Source: an uncultured virus (IMG/VR IMGVR_UViG_3300025879_000013)
Lineage: Duplodnaviria; Heunggongvirae; Uroviricota; Caudoviricetes
Length of the DNA: 64,000 nt
IMG/VR virus record: IMGVR_UViG_3300025879_000013
Strand: one strand, 5' to 3'
Of this stretch, positions 1 through 11,716 are shown piece after piece. The notes beneath the pieces are model-generated. The model did not search any database, was not told the origin of the DNA, and saw only the letters and a list, made by a program, of their open reading frames with translations. Numbering within the stretch: position 1 is the stretch's first letter; the number at the start of each line of letters is the position of its first letter. Made by a program: the position numbers and the translations under genes.

Positions 1-1
1 C

Positions 2-1399
2 ACCATCAACAGTTATAACCGTACCGTCATTATCTGTTAATGTTAACACACCTGTTGAATCTGTGTAAGTACCACCTGTGATGAATGTATCAACACCTGC
101 AGATACTTGAATATCGAAAGTTCCTGAACCATTATCATCTATGGTAACCGAACCATCAGTTGACGAGAATGTAATTGTGTCTCCTAAATCAATTGAACCA
201 GTTCCTGAAGTTCCTGCAGTGTTAAATCCTGAATTTTCAAGTTTTGCGTTAGTCACGTCACCATCCGCAATTTTTGCAGTTGTAACCGCTCCATCAACTA
301 ATTCAGCAGTGTCTACTGTGTCAGCCTCAATACTAGCTACAAGGTTAACGTTTCCTGAACCATCGAATGAAACCGCACTTGCGGTAATATCTCCACTGAT
401 TTCGAAGTCCCTATTAGTCTCTAATGTGGTTGCTGTGTCAGCGTTACCTGTTAAATCACCAATAAAAGATGTTGAAGTAACAGAAGTTAACCCATCTAAA
501 GTAGTTGATGAACTACCTAATGTAATTACAGTTGTACCAACTGTGATTTCATCACTATCTAACTCTACCGTTAATTGAGATAAACCGTTAGATGAAGTAG
601 AAATACCAAGACCTCCGACAACGTCAAATTGAGATTCAAGATTAATTGTACCTGCAGAACCACTATCAGCCGCAAAATACCATCTAAAGTTATCTAAGTT
701 AAAGTCATTACCATCATTCAATGTAATAACTAAATTACCGTTAGTTAATGTCATTCCAGTTGCGAAGGTATCTGAGTTTGTTGTTGAGAAACCTGTGATT
801 GAGAAGTTGTTTTCTAAACCGTTATTTACTTCTAACTCTAATGTCCCTGTTGCTAAATCCAACGTAGCACCTGTAATAAATGGTAATTCAACACTACCTG
901 CAGTGATATCACTACCTTCATAATCTAAAGACCATGAACCTGATTGACCACCTGCGTAAGTTAAACCTGTTAGTGCTGTGATATCGTAATCAACCGTTGC
1001 ACCACCATTTTTGGTTACTGAGATTGTGTTATTTGCTTCCGTAACACCTGTTACGAAATCTGTTCCTAATGATAAGGTAACGGTGTTACCATCATTCTGT
1101 GTTAATGTTGCGTCACCTGATGCTAAATCAAATGATGCAGAATCCACATGAAGATTGATATCTGTCAATGTGATTGTAGTACCATCGTATTGTGTTAATA
1201 CTAGGTCCTTGTCTCCTGTTCCTGACAACGTTGCTCCCGTAACAAAGTCACCAGCGAACGTGGCTAATGAGAGGTCTTTAACCTCATTTGACGGGTCAAT
1301 TGCCAAAACAGAAAGTAATGTTTGGTCCGTTGCTACGTTGCCTAAAAATGTAGACCCCGATACTCTTAAACCATTTCTAGCTACTAATTCGTTTGCCAT
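2..1399 (-). CDS. Fibre/virion structural protein, N-terminal part (runs off the window start; not in the ORF track)
   Basis: ATG at 1399 (MANELVARNGLRVSGSTFLG...), open to the window edge. Repeats of type D(F/T)(F/V)TG(A/G)T..G.L.L..NDG, plus phage-fibre-like segments FIGDLTGNADTATTL and DGAVTTAKIADGDVTNAKL. Confidence 0.7.
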   Translation of the reverse strand, partial: MANELVARNGLRVSGSTFLGNVATDQTLLSVLAIDPSNEVKDLSLATFAGDFVTGATLSGTGDKDLVLTQYDGTTITLTDINLHVDSASFDLASGDATLTQNDGNTVTLSLGTDFVTGVTEANNTISVTKNGGATVDYDITALTGLTYAGGQSGSWSLDYEGSDITAGSVELPFITGATLDLATGTLELEVNNGLENNFSITGFSTTNSDTFATGMTLTNGNLVITLNDGNDFNLDNFRWYFAADSGSAGTINLESQFDVVGGLGISTSSNGLSQLTVELDSDEITVGTTVITLGSSSTTLDGLTSVTSTSFIGDLTGNADTATTLETNRDFEISGDITASAVSFDGSGNVNLVASIEADTVDTAELVDGAVTTAKIADGDVTNAKLENSGFNTAGTSGTGSIDLGDTITFSSTDGSVTIDDNGSGTFDIQVSAGVDTFITGGTYTDSTGVLTLTDNDGTVITVDG

Positions 1400-1420
1400 T
1401 TTTCTGTTTTTTTAATTAGT

Positions 1421-3091
1421 TTATATAATATGTTTTATTATCCTAATATCCCAGGTCCCCCCTGAAATATTGGCTTTTAACAATGCATTTTCATCTGTCA
1501 ACTCCATACCCCATACGAAGTTTGTTGTGTTCCCAATATCTACCGTTGAGAAATCATTGTATCTTATGGTTGTTCTATCCCATACTGATTGAACTGTCCC
1601 TGCTCTGTAATTTGTTCCATCATTTATTACATAATCAAAGAACGCTCCTTGGTAAGTTGTAGCATTTACAGTATCTATCGTAGTACCACTTACCGAGACT
1701 GTACTTGCAGTAGTAGTCCCTATATGTGTAAGTATCTCTAACCCACCTATAGTTGTAGAAGTTCCATCGTTATTTTCTAAAGAAATTTCACCATTTGAGT
1801 ATGTGCCTCCTGTAATAGTTGGTGAGAATCCTGTCGCTGTAAAGTCAACACCATCATTTAATCCTAATGTTAGTGTTTTACTTAATTGATTGTAAGAAAC
1901 ACCCGTAACATAAGTATCTTCAGTTGTTCCTGTTGTAAATCCTGTTACTACTACCGTAGCATCGTCATTTCTTGTTAAAGTAAGACTACCTGTTGAATTA
2001 TCGTAATCACCACTAATTACATACACATCTGTGGACTCAGGACCCGAAATCGTAATATCAGTTTCAAGACCACCAGCCATTTTAAGTATTATGTCAGGAC
2101 CACTAAATGTTCCTCCCGTAATAAACGGTAAAAGAGTCGTACCTGAGGTACTATCAGTTAAGTCTTTAGTTACTCCCCATTCACTATTATAGGTAAGGGC
2201 AGATATTGCAACCTCACCCGATAAACTATCATTATACGAAATAACACCGTTCGTGTTAATAACTAAGGCTCTGTTTTCTGTAGAACTTGAAATACCTTTA
2301 ATGGTTACTGTACCACCTCCCGATGAACCACTTAAAACTAAATCTGTTGATGTTAATGATAACCTTTCACCTGTCCCCCCAATAATGTCTAAATCATTAC
2401 CATCTAAATTAAGAACTCTACTACCATCTAAAGTTAAATCAGTATTCGCAATATTAGTGTCAACAATACCTGACGTAAATCCTGTTACATTAAAAGTCCC
2501 ACCTGTTGTATTTGTAAATGTCGCAGTTCCCGTATTATTATCATACGTACCACCTGTTACCGTAATATCTGTTCCGTAGAATATTCTCCATCTCGCATTT
2601 GAACGAGTAACACCACTTACACCCTCAATTGAAGAATCTAACCAAGCATCAATTAACGCTGCACCACCAGGTGTTGAAGTAGTTACTGTAGTACCATAAT
2701 CAGATTCGGTAATAGACTCACCGGCACCGTCCCATAGTGATTCATAATTGGTAATGGTATACTGATATGTTAAGTTTGTTTCGTGAACATAAACTAACAT
2801 ACCTAACCTTCTACGACCAGTAGAAATGTTATCAGAGTTTAAGTTTACAGTGTCAGGTAAAAATGGTAGGACTCTCTTTGAATAGTTAATTGGTATGGTA
2901 TTACCCGTAAATTCAATTAGACCCGTTTCTCCTTCAGGTATAGTAAAATCTAAATCGGCAAGTGTGTACACTTCCATGTAACCACCAATCTGTAACACAC
3001 TAAAATTACTACCAAAGACCTTATCTCTAGCAACCGAACTCGATGCGTCAAGTTGTGATGATGTTAATGGATTTTTATATATAAACGACAT
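1421..3091 (-). CDS. Virion structural/fibre-associated protein (556 aa)
   Basis: RRRLGMLVYV motif, T/G-rich beta-repeats shared with the adjacent fibre gene, and a C-terminal IDT...Y.GAFFDY domain of the kind seen in phage virion proteins. Confidence 0.6.
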   Translation of the reverse strand: MSFIYKNPLTSSQLDASSSVARDKVFGSNFSVLQIGGYMEVYTLADLDFTIPEGETGLIEFTGNTIPINYSKRVLPFLPDTVNLNSDNISTGRRRLGMLVYVHETNLTYQYTITNYESLWDGAGESITESDYGTTVTTSTPGGAALIDAWLDSSIEGVSGVTRSNARWRIFYGTDITVTGGTYDNNTGTATFTNTTGGTFNVTGFTSGIVDTNIANTDLTLDGSRVLNLDGNDLDIIGGTGERLSLTSTDLVLSGSSGGGTVTIKGISSSTENRALVINTNGVISYNDSLSGEVAISALTYNSEWGVTKDLTDSTSGTTLLPFITGGTFSGPDIILKMAGGLETDITISGPESTDVYVISGDYDNSTGSLTLTRNDDATVVVTGFTTGTTEDTYVTGVSYNQLSKTLTLGLNDGVDFTATGFSPTITGGTYSNGEISLENNDGTSTTIGGLEILTHIGTTTASTVSVSGTTIDTVNATTYQGAFFDYVINDGTNYRAGTVQSVWDRTTIRYNDFSTVDIGNTTNFVWGMELTDENALLKANISGGTWDIRIIKHII

Positions 3092-3154
3092 TTACTATTT
3101 TATTTTATAAATACTTTGATATGTCCAATCAAAAGTTTTTTTTTAGTTATTTTT

Positions 3155-5371
3155 TTAAGCCACCGTATTACCTTTAAAGTATATGGTGTTGTTACCATTA
3201 TCAAAATACAAACCTGAACCAACAGTGTTTGTAGTATATAATCTGTACGTTCCATTAGCGAATGGTCCACCAGGATTTACAATTGTACCTAAATTATAAA
3301 CACTACTCATTACTGATGTTGTTAACGTAGCAGGTCCATTACCATTTGAATAATCTATAATAGTTTGTCTATTTCCTGAACCAGTACCACCAATAGACTC
3401 ATCAGGAATTAAGAACGAGTAATACACATTTCCACTCGCAGTTCCTGCAGGAATTTCAGTTGTAAAGAAGTTATATTGAGTAATTGAATTACCCTCACTA
3501 TCTGTACCACCACCCGTTTGAGGTATTGTTTGTGATATAATTGATGGAACATTTCCTGTTCCTGCACTCGCAACGAAGAAGTTAACATAATCTGTAACAT
3601 CTTGTAAATCAGCAATTGCTGTACCTGTACTAAATCCAAAGAAATTAGTTTGACCTTGATTACTCATATATGTACCAATAGCTGCAGCTAATGATGATGG
3701 TTCACTGATTATATACGCCGGCGGTAATCCTGCTTCACTAGGTGTTGGTGTAGGTGTTGGTGTTGATGATGGTGTAACACTACTTGTTGGTGTTAATGAT
3801 GGCGTTGGAGTAATACTAGTACTCGGTGTAATTGATGGTGTCGGCGTTACCGAAGATGTTGGTGTTACAGTAATACTAGGTGTTACCGATGGTGTAGGTG
3901 TTATACTACTTGTTGGTGTAACTGACGGTGTTACAGTGATAGATGGAGTTGGTGTAATCGATGGTGTAGGTGTTATACTACTTGTTGGTGTAATCGATGG
4001 TGTTACGGAAGATGTTGGCGTAATTGATGCTGTTGGAGTTATTGAGCTACTTGGGGTAATTGAAGGTGTCGGTGTCGGTGTTATACTACTTGTAGGTGTT
4101 ACTGAAGTTGTAGGTGTTATCGATGGGGATGGTGTTACACTACTTGTCGGAGTAATAGATGGGGTTACGGAACTAGTCGGAGTTACCGATGATGTCGGTG
4201 TGATAGATGCAGTTGGAGTAATAGATTGTGTTGGTGTGACACTATTAGTAGGTGTAATAGATGGTGTTGGCGTTATACTACTTGTTGGTGTAATCGATGG
4301 TGTTGAAGTTACAGAACTAGTCGGTGTTACCGATGTTGTTGGTGTAATTGAAGGTGTTGGACTTAGTGAAGATGTTGGTGTAATTGATGGTGTAGGTGTT
4401 ATACTACTTGTTGGAGTTACTGAGTTACTTGGTGTAATTGAAGGTGTAGGAGTTGTAGTTGCACCTGGTGTTTGTGTAACTGTTGGAGTTACTGAAGATG
4501 TCGGTGTAATAGATGGGGTTGATGTGATTGATGGTGTAGGAGTCACACTACTCGTTGGGGTTATTGATGACGTAGGAGTAATCGAAGAAGTAGGCGTTAT
4601 ACTACTTGTTGGAGTAATAGATGTTGTTGGCGTAATTGATGGAGTTGGTGTTATACTAGCACCAGGTGTTTGTGTAACTGTTGGTGTTACTGAAGACGTT
4701 GGTGTGATAGATGAAGTAGGTGTTATAGATGGTGTTATTGTTACACTACTAGTCGGCGTAATTGATGGTGTAGGTGTCACACTACTTGTTGGGGTAATTG
4801 AACTGGTTGGAGTTATAGATGGAGTCGGAGTTTGACTAACACCTGGTGATTGTGTAACCGTTGGTGTTACTGAAGATGTCGGGGTAATACTACTTGTTGG
4901 TGTTATTGACGGAGTTGAAGTTACTGTGGTTGTTGGAGTTGGTGTTGGTGATAAATCACCACCTGTTGGAGTAACTGTTGGTGTCGGCGTATTTGTAGGA
5001 CTAGCAGTAACACTTATAGAAATTGACGGAGTTACTGAAGGTGTTACACTTACTGTCGGACTAACACTAATACTAGGCGTAATTGTCGGCGTGTTTGTTG
5101 GTGTTGGTGTTGGAGAAACATTATCATCATATACAACAACTTTTTTAGATACTGTTTCATTATTACAACCCGTCTGTTTGTTAACAACAAATATATCATA
5201 TTCAATACCTGTCGGTGAGCCAGGTAAAGGTAAAACAACACCCGCAGTAATTTGGTCACGAGTTTGACCTGCTTTGGCTAAGTTTTGAGGATTACTTGTG
5301 ACTCCTGAATATATATCAAACGGTCCTATTGCATTAGAACTTAATGTTAATCTAATTATTACTTGTGACAT
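3155..5371 (-). CDS. Mucin-like Thr/Pro/Ser-repeat protein (738 aa), probable virion appendage
   Basis: About 460 aa of TPT(S/P)S(I/V) repeats between small N- and C-terminal globular domains; upstream TATTTATA motif. Confidence 0.7.
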   Translation of the reverse strand: MSQVIIRLTLSSNAIGPFDIYSGVTSNPQNLAKAGQTRDQITAGVVLPLPGSPTGIEYDIFVVNKQTGCNNETVSKKVVVYDDNVSPTPTPTNTPTITPSISVSPTVSVTPSVTPSISISVTASPTNTPTPTVTPTGGDLSPTPTPTTTVTSTPSITPTSSITPTSSVTPTVTQSPGVSQTPTPSITPTSSITPTSSVTPTPSITPTSSVTITPSITPTSSITPTSSVTPTVTQTPGASITPTPSITPTTSITPTSSITPTSSITPTSSITPTSSVTPTPSITSTPSITPTSSVTPTVTQTPGATTTPTPSITPSNSVTPTSSITPTPSITPTSSLSPTPSITPTTSVTPTSSVTSTPSITPTSSITPTPSITPTNSVTPTQSITPTASITPTSSVTPTSSVTPSITPTSSVTPSPSITPTTSVTPTSSITPTPTPSITPSSSITPTASITPTSSVTPSITPTSSITPTPSITPTPSITVTPSVTPTSSITPTPSVTPSITVTPTSSVTPTPSITPSTSITPTPSLTPTSSVTPSSTPTPTPTPSEAGLPPAYIISEPSSLAAAIGTYMSNQGQTNFFGFSTGTAIADLQDVTDYVNFFVASAGTGNVPSIISQTIPQTGGGTDSEGNSITQYNFFTTEIPAGTASGNVYYSFLIPDESIGGTGSGNRQTIIDYSNGNGPATLTTSVMSSVYNLGTIVNPGGPFANGTYRLYTTNTVGSGLYFDNGNNTIYFKGNTVA
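3740..5115 (-). repeat. Degenerate in-frame 18-bp-based coding repeat (TPTSSI/TPTPSI/TPTSSV)
   Basis: Visible in protein and DNA; synonymous positions have diverged. Confidence 0.9.
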
Positions 5372-5438
5372 CTACTTTATTTGTTTCTTATATAAATACA
5401 ATCGAATTATAAAATACTTTTTTTTCTATTTACTTTTT

Positions 5439-8400
5439 TTATGCTTGGCAACTTACACATGAATTCCATGGACCACCTGAAAGTGTCACATTTGGTGTGT
5501 TATCCACATAAGACTGAACCATATAACATACTAAATTAGTTCCCTTAACAACCTCATTATTTTGAGGTGGCGTACTTAATCCTGAAATATCACCATAATA
5601 TAAAGTAACGGGACCTGTACAGTTATTGAAATCGTTAATTTCAATCATAGACACAACACCTGTATTACATAATTCACATGAGGCGTTTTGTTGAGTAACT
5701 GTTAATGTTGGTGTAGCAGTGGTCGTAGATTTAACAATATAACACTTATTATCTTGTGATACCTTAACGTATGTGTTAACATTTAACGGACCAATACTTG
5801 AAGATGCTACGTAATCTAATTCAACCTCCGAACATGAGCTACCATATAATACTTCCCTAAGTACATAATTAGTTACCTGAGGACATGGATGTTCTTCAGA
5901 TGATGTACACTCATCACAGTCTAAATACGCCCGATTAGGGTCACCATTCCACGGATTACCATTATTACCTATAAATTCACCATCCATAATACCTAAATCA
6001 GGCTCAGTACCAGTTCCTGGTGCGTAGAAACTAACACATTGGTCATCGATACCTGTTTGATATTGTAAATATAATGTAGTTCTACCCGCAACAATTAACT
6101 GATTAATTTCACTCTCCAATGTTGGGGTCACCTTCATTTTATATTGTCTAGCATCATCTGTTTCACAACACCCTGAGAAGTATATATAAACATAGTTTTG
6201 TGATGGTGTAGGTGATGGACTAATCGATGGTCCTGAACTAGTTGGTGTAGGTGTTGGAGTAGCTGTTTCAGTAATCGATGGTGTAGGTGTTGGAGTAGCT
6301 GTTTCAGTAATCGATGGTGTAGGTGTTGGTGTGGTTCCACATGGGTCACCAGCACATGAACCAAAAGAACCATAATTCATAGATGGAATACCTAAATTAT
6401 ACGTCATTGACGGATTCCAACCATTCGGCTCATAAGGTGGGAAGTTAAATGTATCTGCAGTATATAAAACATCATCTTGCCAAGACCTTACTTCCTCAAC
6501 AACACCATCGTGTGTACATAAATAAAACACACCTAAACTAACGACAGCAGTAGTAGCACTAAAAGTAACTAAAACATTATCACAGTTAAAATAATCAATT
6601 TCTACAACATTATTTGGGTTATTACCCGTATTACCTGTGGCGTAATAAGTAATATTGGTATCAATTTCTAGACATTTACAACCTTGAGTAGGTGTTGGTG
6701 TATTGGTAGGAGTATGTGATGGTGTAACTTCAGGTGTTGGTGCAGGTGTACCAGTATTAGATGGTGTTACATTAGGCGTTGAAGTGGGTGTCCCTGTGTT
6801 TGTTGGAGTATTTGTATTAGTTGGTGTCGGTGTTGGTGTATTTGTGCCTGTCGGCACATTTGTCGGTGTTGGTGTTTGACTATTTGATGGTGTCATAGTA
6901 GGTGTGTTTGATACTGTCGGAGTCAGTGTAGGTGTATTTGAACTACCAGGTGTATTTGTTGGTGTCGGAGTCAGTGTAGGTGTTGAACCATCAGAGTCAC
7001 AAATTAAAGTTAACTCAACCTTAGCACCTAAACTAAATTGAGCACCACGTAATGGGTCTTCGTCACCATCACAGTTAGAAATAATTGTTAATTGATTAGT
7101 ATTCACATCTAAACTAAAACTTTCAATTTCAGTCACCGTAGACAAAATAGTATTAATAATATTTACCCAATCAGAATCATCAGGATAGTCAGATAGTGTT
7201 GTTCCTGTGTAAAAACTTTGTGAGGTATTTAAAATTACACCTGTAGTTCCAGTTATACCTATATTAACATAGAAAATAGACTCAACTAAATTACAGTTTG
7301 TGTGTCCTGACGTTAAATCAAAAAACGCTTCATTTAACATCTCTTCAAAACCTCTTTTATTTCCTGAAGTAGTAATGAAATCCTGCTCACAAATAGAATT
7401 TAACTCATAACAAGTCACTCTATTATTATCACAGTTAATTGTAACACTTTTTGTATCGTTACAACCATTACTATCAGTAACAGTTACAGTATATGTTCCA
7501 CCAGGTAAATTACTAACACTACCACCCGACTCACCTGATGGTAAGTTAGATGACCATGTATATGTGAATGGAGGTTCACCGTTATAGATTGTTACCGTTG
7601 CAGTTCCGTCATCACCTAACACACAATCTGTTTTAGAAAGTGAGAAATCAACACCGTTAGTTTGACTAATGTTTAATGTTTTACTTACCGTGCAGTTTTC
7701 ATTATCTGTTACAGTTAATAAATAAGTCCCTGAAGCTATATTACTTATTATTGGCTCGATATCATTTACATCTATTTGTTGATATACTACTTGTTGTAAA
7801 TTTACATTTGTTAATATGTAATCAAAAGGATATTTTAATGTTTGACTTCCCTCAGACACAAAAACCTGTATTTGACCATTATTTTGTCCACATGTTGCTC
7901 CCGTAATACTACTAACTACCGTGAATTTATCCTCATTAGCAACTGTTTTTTGTGTTGTATATATACAGTCACTATTGAATTGTATTTCAATATCATATGT
8001 TCCTGAATCTAAATTACTAAAAGTATATGTTTGACTAGATGTGGTTATTGATTGGGAAGAACCATTATCATCTGTTAATGTGTAAGTAAATATACCCTGT
8101 GGTGCATTAATGTTAATTTGAATACTACCAGATTGACCACAATCTGAGTTGGTAACATTTATAGATACTACACTAAAACCAGCAGTTGAGATGACCGTCC
8201 CCAATGCTGTTGTCTGACACGAACCCGCATCTGTTACTATAACAGAATGAGCACCTGAACAAAGATTTGACATTAAGAATGTCTTACTTTGTGTAGTTAA
8301 TGTTTGACCATTACTACCAACATAACTATATGGTGCAGTTCCACCTGTTATTGTCACCAATAATTGACCATCACAACTAAAACAATTTGCCTGTGTCGGT

Positions 8401-11400
8401 ATTACAGAAGCAACACCAATAGGTTCACCAAATCCAATATTAAATTCATTAAATTTTACACAACCTAAACTATCTGTGACTGTTACTGAATAATCTCCTT
8501 GAGTTAATCCTGTGGCCGTTGACGTTGTCTGACCGTCAGACCATAAATAAGTATAAGGACCTGTTCCTGTTAAACCTGTCACGGTAGCCGAACCATTACC
8601 TTGGATACATGGTGATTCATCTATTGTAAATAAACCAAAATCTAACTCTACACTCTCTTCTATTACCACCGATTCAGTTTGTGCGGTTGCACCACCAAAA
8701 TCCGTTACAAATGCATAATAAATACCACTTGGTAAATTTGAAAATCCATAGGTTTGTGATGGAGAACTAACTGTTTGATTTAAGACTCCGTTTCTGTATA
8801 ATTCAATATTATAAGGTAAAGAGTTTGAAGAACCATTTACGTTAAGTTCACCTGTGGTATCGTCACCACATGTTGTCCCTGAAACATTGTCAATGTTTGC
8901 ACAAAAACAACCGTCAACAATAACGTTTATAAATAAATCTTGATTTTCACCACCTGAACTATCATTTAATCTGAAGATATATGTTCCTGCACTTAAATTA
9001 TTCCAATAGAACGGTCCGTTACCTGTCTGAGTCAGTAAACTACCAGGTGACGTATTTTGTAATGTATAAGGTTTTATACCTCCAATAGGTAATATTTCAA
9101 TTATACCTTGACCTAAATTTTCACATACACCTGTTACCGCAAATGTATAATCTAATGGTCCTTGGTCACAGTTTTGAACACATGGGTCCGCAGAAACTGC
9201 AATACCCTGATAAGGGTAATTGGTATCCACACAAACTTGTAAACCAACACCTTCACCTTGGATTACTTCCCCACAACAATCAGTAAAAGTATGGTACCCA
9301 TCAGTAGTTGCCGAATAACATCCTGATGTTCCACAATTATCACAATCAGTATATGGACCCGAAATGTCTATAGGTGAAATTATCGGCTCAGAAGTACTTA
9401 CATTAATTTCTGTCACAGTGTAACAATCTCCAGATATTTGATATACCTGACCGACTTTTTTATCTTGAGGTACCAAATATAGTGTACTAACAGGTTGTTC
9501 AATATCTAATAAGAAATCATTTAATGATTCACTAACAACTTCTTCAGTAAAATTACTAACTTTAGGGTCCACACTAAATCCAAAATTCTTTAACCCTGAA
9601 CCATTTTGGTATTGCGGGTTTAAATTTTGGTAGGTTGTCGTACCGGTTAATCCCGAATAAACATTTGTATGTGTTAAAGCAGTTAACACCAAATCTTCAG
9701 GACCCATACTAACCATAGTATTACTATTGTCACCGTATTTAGTGTTAAAATCTATTTCTGAGATAGTATCACCTTCAATTGATGCAACCGAATGTTGAAC
9801 AAACGGCATTCTAGTAGTTGAATTATCAATAACAGGATAAATTAAACCGTTAATTGTACCACCACTACTTTTAACATCTTCCCATACTTTTAGATAAGAC
9901 TCATAATCATGTTTAAATCTATCAGTATATTCTGAACCACCATTATCGTTATCCCATCCATCACCTAATAATTCAAAAGGATTGGTATATAGTTGTGATT
10001 TTGTTTGTCTACCATGGTAAAGTCCCACATACCCATCAGACTCATCAGCAACTATGATAACTATGTAATTAGTTTCTTTACCCTCAAAAATACCAGGACC
10101 TGAATTACCTGAATTATTTAAATCCTGATTTTGGTCAAATGGAACCCCGTTACTTCGAGGGTCATCAGTTGTAAATGAACCCGTAAATTGTCTACCTCTA
10201 TTAATTCTTCGATACGTATCACTACTATCATTAAATTCACTATTTTTAGGGTTACAATCAGAAACACTTGAACTCTTACACCAAGTACCTATTTCACTAT
10301 TAGGAACTTCATTATCAAATTCATAAATTGTCGTACCACTCACGGTTCCACCCGTCAATGAACCTAAATAAGGGTAAGATGCCCACCACAACCAGTTTTC
10401 ACCATTATACCCTGGTAGTCCAATAACTCCTTCATATAAATTACCACTTAATAAATCACCATCGTCTACTTTTGTTTGGTACCATGAACGAATTGACTCT
10501 GAGGCACCTGACGCACTTTCTTCACTTAAAGACGTACCATCATAAAATACAAAAACTTTTTGATTTAAACTATTAGTTTCACAACTCTCAAGTTTGTCGG
10601 CAACACTTGTAATTTCTGACGAACTTGGTGTTGGTGTAGGCGTGACCGATAAAGTAGGCGTTAAACTTTGTGTTACCGATGAAGTAGGTGTTGGTGATAC
10701 ACCCGCAGATGTTGAAGGTGTGATTGTTGGTGTAGTTGTTACTGAGGTAGTAGGCGTATTGGTTGGAGTAACAGTATTCGAAGGTGTCGTTGTAGGTGTA
10801 ACCGTAGGAGTTGATGTAACCCACCGAGCACTAGGAGTATTTGATGGTGTCGGAGTTGGCGTTATTGTATTACTTGGTGTAATTGATGTCGTTGGAGTTA
10901 CTGTTGGTGTAGGGGTTTGTGAGGGTGAGTTAATTGGAATTAACGCTCCGCAATCGATACATGCAAAATCATCACAACTCTCTCTTTGAATAATACCTAC
11001 AGGTGTCGGTACTATGGTATGTGTCGCAGGTGAAGGATACGTGGAAACATTAAAGGCCAATATATTAACACAGGTATGGTTAGACGCAACTCCATCAAGT
11101 AAATAAGTTTGACCGACAGACGCAATTGAAAAATAATTAAATACTGGGTCCGTACTACTTAACCAAACAATTCGTGAAGGGTCATTACAACAAGCAAGTA
11201 TATGATACGTTTCACTTGGTGTCGGTGTTGGACTTGATGGTGGATTACACGCATCACAATTCTCGTAATCCACAGTAGTTTGACTTGTGATATCTAAAGG
11301 TATTGGCGATTCACCACATTCACTTACAATAATATAACAACCAGTATAATCTGAAAAATCTAAATGGAATGATTGGTTAACAATTGAACTACCCGTATAC

Positions 11401-11711
11401 CCTGTTATTTGATATACAACACCAGGTGTGTCACATCTTTCAGCACATATTGTTGGAGCCGGTGAAACTGAACAGATATCATCTAAACAACCTGACTCGG
11501 CAATAGTTCTACTTGAACTAATCTGATAACCACTAAAAGTTGTAGGGCTTTCACAGGTATTAACACATTCGTAACACCCATCAGGTAAATCAGTTATATT
11601 TTCAAGTAAGTAAACAATACCAACAGTGGGCGCCTGAATGAAAGCATTCAACCAATCAGCCTGTGGTGTAACATAACAAACACTACCGTCACATGATAAA
11701 AAATAATACAT
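5439..11711 (-). CDS. Giant adhesin-like protein (2090 aa): Cys-rich modules, PT linkers, vWA-like domain, about 7 SprB-like repeats
   Basis: SprB-like units such as [45 protein letters not shown] (about 7430-9160). vWA-like [11 protein letters not shown] and [12 protein letters not shown] (about 9500-10560). Repeated modules ending in CxxC. Confidence 0.7.
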   Translation of the reverse strand: MYYFLSCDGSVCYVTPQADWLNAFIQAPTVGIVYLLENITDLPDGCYECVNTCESPTTFSGYQISSSRTIAESGCLDDICSVSPAPTICAERCDTPGVVYQITGYTGSSIVNQSFHLDFSDYTGCYIIVSECGESPIPLDITSQTTVDYENCDACNPPSSPTPTPSETYHILACCNDPSRIVWLSSTDPVFNYFSIASVGQTYLLDGVASNHTCVNILAFNVSTYPSPATHTIVPTPVGIIQRESCDDFACIDCGALIPINSPSQTPTPTVTPTTSITPSNTITPTPTPSNTPSARWVTSTPTVTPTTTPSNTVTPTNTPTTSVTTTPTITPSTSAGVSPTPTSSVTQSLTPTLSVTPTPTPSSSEITSVADKLESCETNSLNQKVFVFYDGTSLSEESASGASESIRSWYQTKVDDGDLLSGNLYEGVIGLPGYNGENWLWWASYPYLGSLTGGTVSGTTIYEFDNEVPNSEIGTWCKSSSVSDCNPKNSEFNDSSDTYRRINRGRQFTGSFTTDDPRSNGVPFDQNQDLNNSGNSGPGIFEGKETNYIVIIVADESDGYVGLYHGRQTKSQLYTNPFELLGDGWDNDNGGSEYTDRFKHDYESYLKVWEDVKSSGGTINGLIYPVIDNSTTRMPFVQHSVASIEGDTISEIDFNTKYGDNSNTMVSMGPEDLVLTALTHTNVYSGLTGTTTYQNLNPQYQNGSGLKNFGFSVDPKVSNFTEEVVSESLNDFLLDIEQPVSTLYLVPQDKKVGQVYQISGDCYTVTEINVSTSEPIISPIDISGPYTDCDNCGTSGCYSATTDGYHTFTDCCGEVIQGEGVGLQVCVDTNYPYQGIAVSADPCVQNCDQGPLDYTFAVTGVCENLGQGIIEILPIGGIKPYTLQNTSPGSLLTQTGNGPFYWNNLSAGTYIFRLNDSSGGENQDLFINVIVDGCFCANIDNVSGTTCGDDTTGELNVNGSSNSLPYNIELYRNGVLNQTVSSPSQTYGFSNLPSGIYYAFVTDFGGATAQTESVVIEESVELDFGLFTIDESPCIQGNGSATVTGLTGTGPYTYLWSDGQTTSTATGLTQGDYSVTVTDSLGCVKFNEFNIGFGEPIGVASVIPTQANCFSCDGQLLVTITGGTAPYSYVGSNGQTLTTQSKTFLMSNLCSGAHSVIVTDAGSCQTTALGTVISTAGFSVVSINVTNSDCGQSGSIQININAPQGIFTYTLTDDNGSSQSITTSSQTYTFSNLDSGTYDIEIQFNSDCIYTTQKTVANEDKFTVVSSITGATCGQNNGQIQVFVSEGSQTLKYPFDYILTNVNLQQVVYQQIDVNDIEPIISNIASGTYLLTVTDNENCTVSKTLNISQTNGVDFSLSKTDCVLGDDGTATVTIYNGEPPFTYTWSSNLPSGESGGSVSNLPGGTYTVTVTDSNGCNDTKSVTINCDNNRVTCYELNSICEQDFITTSGNKRGFEEMLNEAFFDLTSGHTNCNLVESIFYVNIGITGTTGVILNTSQSFYTGTTLSDYPDDSDWVNIINTILSTVTEIESFSLDVNTNQLTIISNCDGDEDPLRGAQFSLGAKVELTLICDSDGSTPTLTPTPTNTPGSSNTPTLTPTVSNTPTMTPSNSQTPTPTNVPTGTNTPTPTPTNTNTPTNTGTPTSTPNVTPSNTGTPAPTPEVTPSHTPTNTPTPTQGCKCLEIDTNITYYATGNTGNNPNNVVEIDYFNCDNVLVTFSATTAVVSLGVFYLCTHDGVVEEVRSWQDDVLYTADTFNFPPYEPNGWNPSMTYNLGIPSMNYGSFGSCAGDPCGTTPTPTPSITETATPTPTPSITETATPTPTPTSSGPSISPSPTPSQNYVYIYFSGCCETDDARQYKMKVTPTLESEINQLIVAGRTTLYLQYQTGIDDQCVSFYAPGTGTEPDLGIMDGEFIGNNGNPWNGDPNRAYLDCDECTSSEEHPCPQVTNYVLREVLYGSSCSEVELDYVASSSIGPLNVNTYVKVSQDNKCYIVKSTTTATPTLTVTQQNASCELCNTGVVSMIEINDFNNCTGPVTLYYGDISGLSTPPQNNEVVKGTNLVCYMVQSYVDNTPNVTLSGGPWNSCVSCQA
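6244..6329 (-). repeat. Exact 36-bp tandem duplication (2.4 copies) in a PT linker
   Basis: ggtgtaggtgttggagtagctgtttcagtaatcgat at 6244 and 6280. Confidence 0.9.
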
Positions 11712-11716
11712 ATTAT

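Noticed and set aside
141..2579. Plus-strand ORFs 141-578, 1155-1415 and 2253-2579, and other short antisense or alternate-frame ORFs in the track
   Set aside because: Nested in long, motif-bearing genes; no recognisable motifs or upstream signals.
3936..4835. 299-aa plus-strand V/G-rich ORF (also 4926-5267 and 10594-10989)
   Set aside because: Antisense shadow of T/P/S repeat codons in real minus-strand genes.
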